A stretch of 60,577 bases of DNA from a candidate division GN15 bacterium (GTDB taxonomy: Bacteria; Zixibacteria; MSB-5A5; GN15; FEB-12): assembly GCA_014727815.1 (NCBI GenBank), contig WJMS01000257.1:1-60577 (forward strand), written 5' to 3'. This document shows positions 27,006 to 36,829 of this stretch, one piece after another. Each line of letters opens with the position of its first letter. Position 1 is the stretch's first letter. A program made the translations under genes and the position numbers. A model generated the notes under the pieces. The model was not told where the DNA came from, ran no database searches, and was given only the letters and a program-made list of their open reading frames with translations.

Positions 27006-29392
27006 TCCTGCTTGTCCCTGATATCGGCGTTAAACTTCTGCTTGAGGGCTGCAATCACATCCTGCTGCTTTTGTTCAACTTCCTCGCTCGACAGACTTCG
27101 CTCCGGCGAGCGGTAACTGATCGCCACCGCGACCGACTTCTTCCCCTTCGGAATCTGCTTGCCGGTGTACAGGTCAAACAACTCCACCGATTCGGCCAGC
27201 CCCCCGGCCACCGATCGAATCTCATCGATTATATCCCCCACCCGCACCGACTCGCTCACAATCATGGCCAGGTCCCGCGGCGCCGCCGGATAGATCGGCA
27301 ACGGCGTGAAGACCGGTTGACGGTCGCTGAGGGCAAGTAACGAAGAAAGCTGCAATTCAGCAAGGAAGACCGGCTGCTTGATGTCAAATTTCCGCCCCGT
27401 CGCCGGATCAAGCGCGCCCATAACACCCGCCGACCGGCCCTCCAGAGATATGGCAAAGCTTTGCCCGGTCTCGAGATACGGCACGGTCGCGGGTTCAAAC
27501 GATGGTTGCGGCCAGCGGAAATGACCACGGAGATTCTCAAGCGCGCCGGCCAGATCATGGAAATCGCACGGACGCGGCTTGTCCCGCCAGCTGCCCGGCG
27601 TACTGCCGGTCACCAGTACCAGCAGACGGTCCTCTTCCCGCCCCGCGCCGCTGTTGTCCGGCGGGAAATACGCTTTCCCGATCTCGAAGAGCTGCAGGTC
27701 GAGATTCCGGTGCGCGATATTGTGGGCGACGACCGGAAGCGCCGACAGCACCAGCGAATTGCGCATAATGTCCAGATCTTCCGACACCGGGTTGATAATC
27801 TTCAATTGCGGCACATCAGCCTCGAGCCGGGCGGCATCCTTGCTGTGCGCCAAACCATGCCCGAGCATCTCGTCATAGCCCGCCGACGTCATAACCCGAC
27901 GGACGTCATCGATAAAGCGATCCTCGAGATGAATCGGCGTAAACAACGGCCCCGAATTGATATCGGCATCGTCGATTGCATCGTAACCCTCGATCCGCGC
28001 GACCTCTTCGATCAGGTCAATCTCACGCGTGATATCATGCCGGAATGTCGGAACAAGACACTCGATCGGATCGCTGCCGGAAACCTCGAACTCGAGATTG
28101 CCAAGGATCTCCTTCATCCGCCCGGCCGAAAACTCAGCCCCCAGAATCGCACGGCAGCGGTCCGGCCGGAGATTGACCTGCCGCGGCGCAAACGGCTTCG
28201 GGTAGTTGTCGACAATGCCGCCAAGCACCTTGCCACCGCACAGCTCCTGGAACAAGTACGCCGCCCGGTTGCTGGCATGCACGGCGTTATTGGGGTCAAC
28301 ACCCTTTTCAAAACGCTGTGAGGCCTCGGTGACCAGTCCCAGATGCCGGCGGCTCTTGCGGATCACCGACGGGTCAAAATAAGCGACCTCGAGCAGGATA
28401 TTGGTCGTACTGTCCTTGACTTCGGAATCGAGTCCACCCATCACACCACCGGCGCCGACCGACTCGGTTCCGTTGGTAATCATCAGGACATCGGGGGTGA
28501 GCGTATGCTCTTTGCCATCAAGCGTGGTGAACTTCTCACCGTCGTGCGCCCGTCGAACCAGCACCTGGTTTGATCCGAACAGGTCGAGATCAAAAGCATG
28601 CAGCGGGTTGCCCGTTTCAAGCAGGATGTAATTCGTAATATCAACGATATTCGAAATCGGCCGGATACCCGAGGCGATCAGCTTCTTCTGCAGCCACCAC
28701 GGCGACGGTCCGATCGTCACGCCTTTGATCACCCGGGCCGTAAAACGCCCGCAGGCATCGGTGTCCTGAATGGCGACACTGACATGATCGGAGGACAGCT
28801 CCGTATCTTCGTTGATAGCATAGGTAGGATAGTTGATCCGCACGCCGGCCAGCGCCGCCAGGTCACGAGCGATCCCGATCGCCGACATCGAATCGGCCCG
28901 GTTGGGCGTCAGTTCGAAATCCAGTATGTAATCATCGTAATCGAGCGCTGTAACCAGTGACTCACCGACTGTGAGATCCGCCTCGAGCACCCAGATACCG
29001 GCGTGGTCATCGCTCAGCCCCAGTTCGGCCTGGGAGCAGATCATCGCCGATGATTCCACGCCGCGGATCTTCGTCTTTTTGATCGTCAACCCGCCGGCCA
29101 GTTCGGCCCCGAGCGTCGCCACCGGGACTTTCTGCCCCACCGCCACATTCGGCGCGCCGCAGACAACATCCATCGTCTCCGAGCCGATACTAACCGTCGC
29201 CAGGCGAATCTTGTCGGCGCCCTCGATCGGCTTGAGATCGCGCACCTCGCCCACCACCACGTTTTTCATATGCCGGGCCGTGGAGACAATGTCCTCACAG
29301 GCGGTACCGCACAGCGTCAGCCGGTCGGCCACCTGGTCAACCGGCCAGTCCAGCCCGGTCAGTTCGAGCAACCACTGATAGGATATCTTCAT
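27002..29392 (-). CDS. pheT: phenylalanine--tRNA ligase beta subunit
   Basis: 796 aa. N-terminus MKISYQWLLEL, then tRNA-binding, B3/4, B5 and FDX-ACB-like regions in the canonical order. Confidence 0.97.
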   Translation of the reverse strand: MKISYQWLLELTGLDWPVDQVADRLTLCGTACEDIVSTARHMKNVVVGEVRDLKPIEGADKIRLATVSIGSETMDVVCGAPNVAVGQKVPVATLGAELAGGLTIKKTKIRGVESSAMICSQAELGLSDDHAGIWVLEADLTVGESLVTALDYDDYILDFELTPNRADSMSAIGIARDLAALAGVRINYPTYAINEDTELSSDHVSVAIQDTDACGRFTARVIKGVTIGPSPWWLQKKLIASGIRPISNIVDITNYILLETGNPLHAFDLDLFGSNQVLVRRAHDGEKFTTLDGKEHTLTPDVLMITNGTESVGAGGVMGGLDSEVKDSTTNILLEVAYFDPSVIRKSRRHLGLVTEASQRFEKGVDPNNAVHASNRAAYLFQELCGGKVLGGIVDNYPKPFAPRQVNLRPDRCRAILGAEFSAGRMKEILGNLEFEVSGSDPIECLVPTFRHDITREIDLIEEVARIEGYDAIDDADINSGPLFTPIHLEDRFIDDVRRVMTSAGYDEMLGHGLAHSKDAARLEADVPQLKIINPVSEDLDIMRNSLVLSALPVVAHNIAHRNLDLQLFEIGKAYFPPDNSGAGREEDRLLVLVTGSTPGSWRDKPRPCDFHDLAGALENLRGHFRWPQPSFEPATVPYLETGQSFAISLEGRSAGVMGALDPATGRKFDIKQPVFLAELQLSSLLALSDRQPVFTPLPIYPAAPRDLAMIVSESVRVGDIIDEIRSVAGGLAESVELFDLYTGKQIPKGKKSVAVAISYRSPERSLSSEEVEQKQQDVIAALKQKFNADIRDKQE

Positions 29393-29395
29393 GAT

Positions 29396-30409
29396 CTACA
29401 GAAACTGCCTGAGAAACCGTACGTTGTTGTTGAACAGCAAGCGAATGTCGTTGATGTGATACTTCAACATGGCAATCCGCTCCACCCCGATCCCGAACGC
29501 GTAGCCGGTGTATTTCTCAGCATCGTATCCGGCCGTTTCGAGCACGTTTGGATGGATCATGCCGCAGCCCAGAATCTCCAGCCAGCCCGAGTACTTGCAC
29601 AGCTGGCAGCCCTCACCGCGACAGAGAAAGCAGTTGATATCGACTTCGGCCGATGGTTCCGTGAAGGGAAAAAACGACGGTCGAAACTTCAGCTTCAGCC
29701 CCTCCCCGAAAAACGCCTTGCAGAACGCCACCAGCACCCCCTTCAGGTCGGCCATCGACACCCCTTCGTCGACCAGGAAACCGTCCACCTGGTGGAACGA
29801 GACATGCGCCCGGGTGGAAATCTCCTCGTTGCGGAACGTCTTGCCGGGCGTAATGATCTTCATCGGCGGCTGCCGCCGCTCCAGCTCGCGCGCCTGCACC
29901 GGCGTCGTATGCGTGCGCAGCACCAGGTCACCCTCGACAAAAAACGTGTCCTGCATGTCGCGGGCGGGATGGTCCGGCGGAAAATTGAGCGCCTCAAAAT
30001 TATAATGATCGGTCTCGACATGCGGCCCGTGGGCGATCTCGAAACCCATGCCGTAAAACGTGCGACAGATCTCATCCATCACCTGGTTGACGACATGGAC
30101 GGCCCCGATACGGTTGCCGGTGCCGGGCAGGGTGGGATCGATCGAAGCTGCTTCGGTGGTCTCTTCGAATGCCCGGGCGGCTTCCTCAAAACGCGCTTCG
30201 AGTTTGCTGCGGAGGGCGTTGGCGCGGGCGCCGATCTCCTTGCGCTGGTCGGGCGGGAGTTGACCGAGCGACTTGAGAATCGCCATCACCGGTCCTTTTC
30301 GCCCGAGATAGCGGACCTTCAACTCCCCAAGCGAATCGAGCGAATCGGCGGAACCGATTCGCTCGAGCGCTTCTTCTTCAAGCTGTACAATCTCTTCAGC
30401 AAGAGACAT
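29396..30409 (-). CDS. pheS: phenylalanine--tRNA ligase alpha subunit
   Basis: Class II core motifs (FRNEEISTRAHVSFHQVDG, GYAFGIGVERIAML). ATG 30409 (MSLAEEIVQL) is preferred. The tracked 63-codon extension overlaps rplT. Confidence 0.95.
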   Translation of the reverse strand: MSLAEEIVQLEEEALERIGSADSLDSLGELKVRYLGRKGPVMAILKSLGQLPPDQRKEIGARANALRSKLEARFEEAARAFEETTEAASIDPTLPGTGNRIGAVHVVNQVMDEICRTFYGMGFEIAHGPHVETDHYNFEALNFPPDHPARDMQDTFFVEGDLVLRTHTTPVQARELERRQPPMKIITPGKTFRNEEISTRAHVSFHQVDGFLVDEGVSMADLKGVLVAFCKAFFGEGLKLKFRPSFFPFTEPSAEVDINCFLCRGEGCQLCKYSGWLEILGCGMIHPNVLETAGYDAEKYTGYAFGIGVERIAMLKYHINDIRLLFNNNVRFLRQFL

Positions 30410-30426
30410 AGGCCGCCCGGACGCGC

Positions 30427-30777
30427 TTACTTGCCGGTCGCCATGTTGGCGAGCGTTTTGAACGTCGTCATATCGCGGGCGGCGATATCGGCCAGCATCT
30501 TGCGGTCCATCTCCACCCCGGACTTGTGCAGCCCGTTGATCATCGTGGAGTAATTGGTGCCGCACATCTTGGCCGCGGCCGAGATACGCGTGATCCACAA
30601 CGAACGCATCTCGCGCTTTTTGTTCCGGCGGTCGCGGTAGGCGTACTTGAGACCCTTGTTGACGGTCTCGAGCGCCGTCCGGTAGAGCTTCCGCCGACCG
30701 GAATAGTTTCCCCGCGCCTTCTTCAGCACCTTGCGGTGACGCTGGTGGGCGGCAACGTTATTCTTCGCACGTGGCAT
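30427..30777 (-). CDS. rplT: 50S ribosomal protein L20
   Basis: MPRAKNNVAAHQRHRKVLKKARG... is a classic L20 N-terminus. 116 aa. Confidence 0.97.
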   Translation of the reverse strand: MPRAKNNVAAHQRHRKVLKKARGNYSGRRKLYRTALETVNKGLKYAYRDRRNKKREMRSLWITRISAAAKMCGTNYSTMINGLHKSGVEMDRKMLADIAARDMTTFKTLANMATGK

Positions 30778-30807
30778 GGGATTCTCCTGTCACATTCACG
30801 CGCTGCA

Positions 30808-31002
30808 CTAATAGGGCAGCAGTTTGTTCAGGCGCTTCTCATCGGCTTCCGACACCAGGGTCGACTTGCGCAACTGGCGCTTGCGCTTCGGACTCATCTT
30901 GGTCAGAATATGCGTCTTGTACGCATGGTACCGTTTCAGTTTGCCGGTGCCGGTCCGCTTGAACCGCTTGGCCGCGCCCCGGTTGGTCTTCATCTTCGGC
31001 AT
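30808..31002 (-). CDS. rpmI: 50S ribosomal protein L35
   Basis: [24 protein letters not shown]... 64 aa. Confidence 0.95.
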   Translation of the reverse strand: MPKMKTNRGAAKRFKRTGTGKLKRYHAYKTHILTKMSPKRKRQLRKSTLVSEADEKRLNKLLPY

Positions 31003-31063
31003 AGTATCCTCAACACGCTATCTCAATGTACTTCATTGCAAAATCGTGACACAAACAGCCGGA

Positions 31064-31660
31064 TCACTCGTTGTTGTCGGAGCCGTCTTGCTCCTGCTTC
31101 TTCTCGCTCTTTTTCGACTTCGACTTCTCCTGTGCCTTCTTCACGATATCCGACTTGGGCGACAGAATCATCGTCATCCGGTTGCCCTCGAGACTCGGCT
31201 GGACATCAACACTCGCGATATCCGACATTTCATCGGCCAGTCGCGTAAGAATCTGGCGGCCGAAATCGACGTGGGCCATCTCTCTGCCGCGAAACATCAC
31301 AAACGCCTTCACCTTGTTGCCGCCCTCGAGAAACGAACGCACATGCTTCGTCTTGAACGAATAGTCATGCTCGTCGATTTTCGGGCGGTAGCGCATCTCC
31401 TTGAGCTGCACCGACTGCTGCTTCTTCTTGGCAGCGCGATCTTTCTTGGAAAGCTCGTACTTGTACTTTCCGTAATCCATGATCCGGCAGACCGGCGGAC
31501 GGCTGTTCGGGGCAACCTCGACAAGGTCGAGTCCCTGCTCGCGGGCGCGCTGCAGCGCCTCGTTGGTCGGGATGATCCCGATCTGCTCACCGTCTACTCC
31601 AATTAACCGGACCGGTGAAATCCGAATGCGGTCGTTCACGCGGACGTCTTGTTTAGCTAT
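31064..31660 (-). CDS. infC: translation initiation factor IF-3 (probable non-AUG ATA start)
   Basis: IF-3 N- and C-domains (PPVCRIMDYGKYKY, KIDEHDY). The in-frame upstream codons IAKQDVRV match the length and character of the Bacillus IF-3 N-terminus. ATA at 31660..31658 lies 4-5 nt after AGGAGGG. The tracked GTG is at 31639. Confidence 0.85.
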   Translation of the reverse strand: MAKQDVRVNDRIRISPVRLIGVDGEQIGIIPTNEALQRAREQGLDLVEVAPNSRPPVCRIMDYGKYKYELSKKDRAAKKKQQSVQLKEMRYRPKIDEHDYSFKTKHVRSFLEGGNKVKAFVMFRGREMAHVDFGRQILTRLADEMSDIASVDVQPSLEGNRMTMILSPKSDIVKKAQEKSKSKKSEKKQEQDGSDNNE

Positions 31661-31681
31661 AGAACCCTCCTGAGTCCCTGA

Positions 31682-33619
31682 TTACTGCTCTGTCTCTTCA
31701 CGGCCCTTGGTGCGGATCTCCCGGCGGACCAATTCAATCGCCTCATCGAGCGAGCGGCCGCCCAGATCACCGGACCCGTGCCGGCGCACCGAAACCGTGC
31801 CGTTCTCGGCTTCCTTGCCGCCAACGATAAACATATATGGCACTTTTAGCAACTCTGCATCGCGAATCTTTGCCCCGATTTTCTCCGACCGGTCATCCAG
31901 GCTGGCCCGAATACCGGCCTCGGTCAGCTTCGCCACCAGCGAATCACCATATTCGTTGATACTGTCGGTGATCGGCAGGATTTTCACCTGCTCCGGCGCC
32001 AGCCAGACCGGGAAGTTCCCGGCATAGTGCTCGATCAGCACCCCGAAAAAGCGCTCGATCGAACCAAGCAGCGCCCGGTGAATCATAAACGGGCGTTTCG
32101 CCTGACCGTCACTGTCGATATAGGTCAAATCAAACCGCTCCGGCAGCGAAAAATCAAACTGGATCGTCGAGCACTGCCATGACCGCCCGATCGCATCCTT
32201 GATCTTGATATCGATCTTCGGCCCGTAAAAAGCGCCCCCGCCTTCGTCGGTATCGTACGCCAGCCCGGCCTTGTCCAGCGCCCGGCGCAACCCGTGCTGG
32301 GCCTTCTCCCAGTCCGCCGGATCGCCGATCGCCTTCTCCGGACGGGTCGACAGCATAATGTCGTAATCCGAAAAACCAAACGAACTGAGCATGTAGGTGC
32401 AGAAATCCAGAAGCCAGACCAGCTCCTCCTCCATCTGCTCCTGCGTCACGAAATGGTGGGCGTCATCCTGCGTAAAACCGCGCACCCGCATCAAGCCGTG
32501 CAAAACACCCGGTTTCTCATACCGGTAGACCGTGCCCAGCTCGCCCCACCGAAGCGGCAGGTCCCGATACGACCAGCGCCGCGACTTGTACATCATGATA
32601 TGGAACGGGCAGTTCATCGGCTTGAGCTGGTACGCCTTCTGGTCCAGCTCCATCGGCCGAAACATGTCGTCGGAATAAAAGTCGGTATGCCCGGACTGAT
32701 TCCAGAGCCGAAGATCAGCCACATGCGGCGAGAAAACCAGCTCGTAGCCGTTCTTCAAGTGCTCTTCGCGCCAGAAGTTCTCCACTTCGTTACGGATCCG
32801 CGCCCCGCGCGGCAGCCACATCACCAGGCCGGGCCCGACTTCCTCGGCAATCGTAAACAGCTCCAGCTGCTTGCCGAGCATCCGGTGATCCCGCTTCTTG
32901 GCCTCCTCCATCCGGTGGAGGTAGTCCTCCAGCATCGACTTCTTCGGGTACGAAACACCGTAAATCCGCTGGAGCATCTGGCGGTGCTCATCACCTCGCC
33001 AGTACGCCCCGGAACTGGCCGTCAGCTTGAACGCCTTGACCATCCCGGTGCTCGGAATATGCGGCCCGCGACAGAGATCCTCAAAACCGGAATGCTTGTA
33101 GACCGTCACCTCGTCATCATCGATATCCTCTTCGAGAATCTCGATCTTGTAATCTTCGCCCTTCTGACGATAATGCTCGATCAGGTCCTGCCGGGTGAAG
33201 ACTTCGCAGCGAAACGCCGCATCCTCCTTGACGATCTCAGCCATCCGCTTTTCGATTTTCTCCAAGTCCTCCGGCAAAAACGGCTTGTCGACCTCAAAGT
33301 CGTAATACCAGCCCTCCTCGATCGCCGGCCCGATCGCCAGCTTGGTGCCGGGAAACAGCTCCTGCACGGCCTGGGCCATGATATGCGAACTCGAGTGCCA
33401 GAAAACCTCCCGGCCCTCCGGATCGGCAAACGTCAGGATCGCCACCGGAGCGTCCTCCGGAATCGGCGCGTGCAAATCACGCACGTCACCGTTCACCTTC
33501 ACGGCAATCGCCTCTTTGGCCAGCCGCGGCGAAATCGACCGGGCCACATCGTAGCCGGTCGTCCCGGACTCATAAGCCCGGGTCGATCCGTCCGGTAATG
33601 TTATCTGCAACTGTGACAT
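31682..33619 (-). CDS. thrS: threonine--tRNA ligase
   Basis: 645 aa with TGS, editing-domain (HSSSHIMAQA), class II core and anticodon-binding regions. ATG at 33619 is one codon inside the tracked GTG. Confidence 0.97.
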   Translation of the reverse strand: MSQLQITLPDGSTRAYESGTTGYDVARSISPRLAKEAIAVKVNGDVRDLHAPIPEDAPVAILTFADPEGREVFWHSSSHIMAQAVQELFPGTKLAIGPAIEEGWYYDFEVDKPFLPEDLEKIEKRMAEIVKEDAAFRCEVFTRQDLIEHYRQKGEDYKIEILEEDIDDDEVTVYKHSGFEDLCRGPHIPSTGMVKAFKLTASSGAYWRGDEHRQMLQRIYGVSYPKKSMLEDYLHRMEEAKKRDHRMLGKQLELFTIAEEVGPGLVMWLPRGARIRNEVENFWREEHLKNGYELVFSPHVADLRLWNQSGHTDFYSDDMFRPMELDQKAYQLKPMNCPFHIMMYKSRRWSYRDLPLRWGELGTVYRYEKPGVLHGLMRVRGFTQDDAHHFVTQEQMEEELVWLLDFCTYMLSSFGFSDYDIMLSTRPEKAIGDPADWEKAQHGLRRALDKAGLAYDTDEGGGAFYGPKIDIKIKDAIGRSWQCSTIQFDFSLPERFDLTYIDSDGQAKRPFMIHRALLGSIERFFGVLIEHYAGNFPVWLAPEQVKILPITDSINEYGDSLVAKLTEAGIRASLDDRSEKIGAKIRDAELLKVPYMFIVGGKEAENGTVSVRRHGSGDLGGRSLDEAIELVRREIRTKGREETEQ

Positions 33620-33699
33620 CACTATCTTCGCTCTAATGCTCTAATATATAAAGGCGGGGTGCCGGGGTCCTGTTCCGCCCGACATCCCGCGAAATTTAA

Positions 33700-33776
33700 T
33701 GGTGGGCGATACTGGAATCGAACCAGTGACCCCTTGCATGTCAAGCAAGTACTCTAACCATCTGAGCTAATCGCCC
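33700..33776 (-). tRNA. trnV: tRNA-Val (anticodon GAC), CCA encoded
   Basis: Reverse complement is GGGCGATTAGCTCAGATGGTTAGAGTACTTGCTTGACATGCAAGGGGTCACTGGTTCGATTCCAGTATCGCCCACCA. It has a 7 bp acceptor stem, D arm, anticodon stem CTTGC/GCAAG with loop TTGACAT, and a T arm ACTGG-TTCGATT-CCAGT. Confidence 0.95.
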
Positions 33777-33820
33777 AACACTGGGTTGCTCGGCGGACCT
33801 CGCCGCCGGGCAAGGAATCG

Positions 33821-33850
33821 AATATATAGAGAATATATCGTACTTGTCAA
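33821..33850 (-). promoter_or_regulatory. candidate sigma-70 promoter for tRNA-Val (and possibly the thrS operon)
   Basis: Minus strand: TTGACA-18 nt-TATATT, ~40 nt upstream of the tRNA 5' end. Confidence 0.45.
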
Positions 33851-33878
33851 TACCTATTTTAACCGGCGGCACCACAAA

Positions 33879-33948
33879 AACCTCCTGTCGGTCAAGAGGT
33901 TACTGGCCCAACGACAGCGGCCGCCTCCCTCGCTCGGAAGGCGGCCGC
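33879..33948 (-). terminator. terminator region after the dockerin-protein gene
   Basis: A GC-rich 9 bp hairpin gcggccgcc/ggcggccgc (33917..33948) is followed on the minus strand by AACCTC-11 nt-GAGGTTTTTG (33901..33875). Confidence 0.4.
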
Positions 33949-33978
33949 GGAACGATACGCTAGCGGTTATCGGTCGAC

Positions 33979-36750
33979 TCAGCGATCACATGGCCCAATC
34001 GGCGGCCCGCCCAGGAACAGGGCGTTGCCCATATAGACAACATCACTCAGGTCGATATTGCCCGCCTCGTCACAGTTGATATTGGCCGCCTCCATCACCA
34101 CCGGATCCGGCCCACCCAGGTACAACGCATTGACCAGATACGTCAGATCAATCAGGTCGACCCGTAAATCGCCATTCAGGTCCCCGGTCTGCAACCCGAC
34201 CACATTGGCCACACTGGCCGCCTCAAAAGCCTGCTGATCCGTCGTCGCAAACGCCACCGTGTACGGCAGCGGGTTCTCCCCAACTATCGGCGGGAACGTC
34301 GGGATCAGATGTGCCCGGCGCACCGTTATCTCCAGCGCCTCGCCGGTGAAATCCGGATGCGAACCCAGCACGGCCACATCGACCGGCATGCTTTCACCAT
34401 TGATCTGCAGCGTCCCCTGGTCGATATCATTGACCGTATAGCCACCCTGAAGGTCGCCCAGGAAAATCGTCGCATCCTCATTCATGATCGGCAGGATCCG
34501 ATCCGGCTCGATCGTCGTTGCCGCCGCCAGTGGCGCCGTGGCAGCCTCGCCGATCAGCACCACCTCCTCCAGCACCGCCCCGGACACCGAGTCGGTAACC
34601 GTCAAGGTCCCCGAATAGACTCCGGCCGACGCGGGCGCAAAACTGACCGGCATCTCCTGACTCGTCGAAAACGTAAAAATCGTCTTCTCCAGCGGTATCG
34701 TAAAAGCACCGGCGCCTGTTACCTCGAACAGGAGCGTCGACAGCCCCGACGACGTCGCGCTTACCGTCACCTCCTGCTGAGTCATCTCGCCAGGCTCGAC
34801 ATCCCGGAAAAAGACCGTGTCGGGCGCACCGTTCGGATTCAGGACCTGAGGTTGAAATACAAGTTTCTGTCCATCGGCCAGATCGAGCATGGAATGACCA
34901 GCCTCGATCGCAAACCGACCGAAATACAACACGTCGAGACTGTCGGAAATCAGATTCAGGTTCGTATAGTCGATCGGCGTGTTGGTCGGATCAGCACCGC
35001 TGTACTCCGACTCTGCAATTAAGAGATAGTCGCTTGGCTCGTAGCTGCCGGCAGGCGGCGGCGCCCATGTCTGATCCCAGTACGAGGCGTAAGAATCGTT
35101 TTCGTAGAAGAAGACATTCAGCTGCCGGTTATTCTCCACATCCCAGGCCGTGAACGGCACCTGATAGTAGCCGCAATAATCATACAGGTGACCGTTGCCA
35201 CGGCAGTAGAGGTACGCGTTTTGCACGTTGTGATTCGAGAACCGAAGCTCCACCGTGGTGAAGGCATCCGGATCTGTCTCCGGATTCAGGGAGCTGCCAA
35301 ACCAGGACTCGTAGCCCATCTGCCCGACACCGGGAGCCGTAAGCGGCTGACCGAATCGACCGGTGAGCCAGCGCTCCGACGACGGTGCAAACCAGAGATC
35401 ATGCAGATACCTATAGTCGGTGATCTCAAGCTCAGCGCCATCGGCCGCCGTCACCTGCGGATCGGGTCCGCCGGAACCGGACTCCAGGATGTTCTTGACG
35501 TCGATCAACGAGGCGATCCGCTCGAGCCCCTGCCCGACCGCCATCGTGAAGACGACCTGCTGACTGTCACCGGGAGCAAACGTCATCGGGCCGTAGCTCG
35601 CCATGATGCGGCAGTCGCGCGGATCATCGTCGATCCAGCCGGTGCCGGCAATCGGATCGCCGCGCAACATAAACCGGGTTACCTCGGCGGTGGTCGGGTC
35701 GACCCGGGGACTACCGTCGGCATTGAGACCGCGCATATAGTTGTACGTCTCCATGATGTCGTTTGGGTCGGTGCCGTTGACATACTTGTTGGCCGAGTAC
35801 AAGCCGAGATTCCGATAATCGGGAATCGGCACGCCGTTGTAATAGGCGGTGTCACCCGGCGAGGGCACCATCGGACCCTGCTCGAACTTCACGCCGAGAG
35901 CCGGTGGCGTGGCGCCATAGTGCGTGCACTCGTTGTCGCCGTTGTAAACGAAAATCATCTGGTTGGCGCTGTCGCAGCCGCCAAGATCATCGCCGGCGTC
36001 ACCAATATCAGGATCAAGCCAGATCGAGATAAAGAAACTGTCGATCGTGTGGCCACCCTTGTTGTGCAGGTCGTACTGAATACGGATAATCGTCTGTTGA
36101 CCGGCGGCGTCTTCGGCCCACACGCTCTGGCGCGCTTCCACGCCAAGCGGTTCGCTGGCGCCGGGGAAGGCCTGGTGCTGGTCGGGGTCGGCATCATTAA
36201 ACACGGTCCAGACATGCTGGTCGCCCCGCGTCAGGGGATGGCCCCCCTCAATCGGCGCTCCCTGATCAATCGGCCAGGTGGTGTAGTCCTCGTTGGGATT
36301 GCCGGCCAGGCTGTCTTCGTGCAGCCGGTACACACGAAACTCGGGACTATCCGGCTGAAATGTCCCCCCGGCCATCGGCCCGGGCACATACTCCGAGGTG
36401 TACTCCGACACGGCCACCCGATGATCACCGTTGACTTTCCCTCCCAGCCACAGTCCCGCCGCAAACAGCGGCGAACTCGTGTTGGCGCCGGAGATGATGT
36501 CGGCGGTCGAGGTGTACGGATAAAACGTGCCGTAATCATAGTCGAATACGTCAGCCAGGTCACGGCCGAAATTGCCGTGGTTGGTAACAAACATCAAGAT
36601 GAGATTGGCGTCGATGTACGTGTCGTTGTCAACGGTAAGAGCGTCGTCGGTCCCCGGTTGCCCGGGACCATCGTAAGTTGCCGGCGGCAACGCCAGCGCG
36701 ATAGTAGAACAGATGGCGAGCAACATGCAAGTGCAGACAAAACGTCGCAT
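33979..36750 (-). CDS. large secreted protein with C-terminal dockerin-like module
   Basis: Signal peptide MRRFVCTCMLLAICSTIALA. Body of ~850 aa of unknown family. The C-terminus holds two EF-hand-like repeats, GDLNGDLRVDLIDLTYLVNALYLGGP and INCDEAGNIDLSDVVYMGNALFLGGP. SD GGGAGGGG lies upstream. Confidence 0.8.
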   Translation of the reverse strand: MRRFVCTCMLLAICSTIALALPPATYDGPGQPGTDDALTVDNDTYIDANLILMFVTNHGNFGRDLADVFDYDYGTFYPYTSTADIISGANTSSPLFAAGLWLGGKVNGDHRVAVSEYTSEYVPGPMAGGTFQPDSPEFRVYRLHEDSLAGNPNEDYTTWPIDQGAPIEGGHPLTRGDQHVWTVFNDADPDQHQAFPGASEPLGVEARQSVWAEDAAGQQTIIRIQYDLHNKGGHTIDSFFISIWLDPDIGDAGDDLGGCDSANQMIFVYNGDNECTHYGATPPALGVKFEQGPMVPSPGDTAYYNGVPIPDYRNLGLYSANKYVNGTDPNDIMETYNYMRGLNADGSPRVDPTTAEVTRFMLRGDPIAGTGWIDDDPRDCRIMASYGPMTFAPGDSQQVVFTMAVGQGLERIASLIDVKNILESGSGGPDPQVTAADGAELEITDYRYLHDLWFAPSSERWLTGRFGQPLTAPGVGQMGYESWFGSSLNPETDPDAFTTVELRFSNHNVQNAYLYCRGNGHLYDYCGYYQVPFTAWDVENNRQLNVFFYENDSYASYWDQTWAPPPAGSYEPSDYLLIAESEYSGADPTNTPIDYTNLNLISDSLDVLYFGRFAIEAGHSMLDLADGQKLVFQPQVLNPNGAPDTVFFRDVEPGEMTQQEVTVSATSSGLSTLLFEVTGAGAFTIPLEKTIFTFSTSQEMPVSFAPASAGVYSGTLTVTDSVSGAVLEEVVLIGEAATAPLAAATTIEPDRILPIMNEDATIFLGDLQGGYTVNDIDQGTLQINGESMPVDVAVLGSHPDFTGEALEITVRRAHLIPTFPPIVGENPLPYTVAFATTDQQAFEAASVANVVGLQTGDLNGDLRVDLIDLTYLVNALYLGGPDPVVMEAANINCDEAGNIDLSDVVYMGNALFLGGPPIGPCDR

Positions 36751-36800
36751 GTGAAGCCCCTCCCTGTGGGTATGGTGGGTAATAGGATCCGATCACTGAA

Positions 36801-36829
36801 AAGATACTCCCGGCCGGGAAATCCGTCAA
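36801..36829 (-). promoter_or_regulatory. candidate sigma-70 promoter of the dockerin-protein gene
   Basis: Minus strand: TTGACG-17 nt-TATCTT, ~45 nt upstream of ATG 36750. Confidence 0.4.

Noticed and set aside
30410-30598. 63-codon N-terminal extension of the pheS ORF
   Set aside because: It overlaps rplT and has junk-like composition (RGGDGPQDAGRYRRPRYDD). ATG 30409 gives the usual PheS N-terminal coiled coil.
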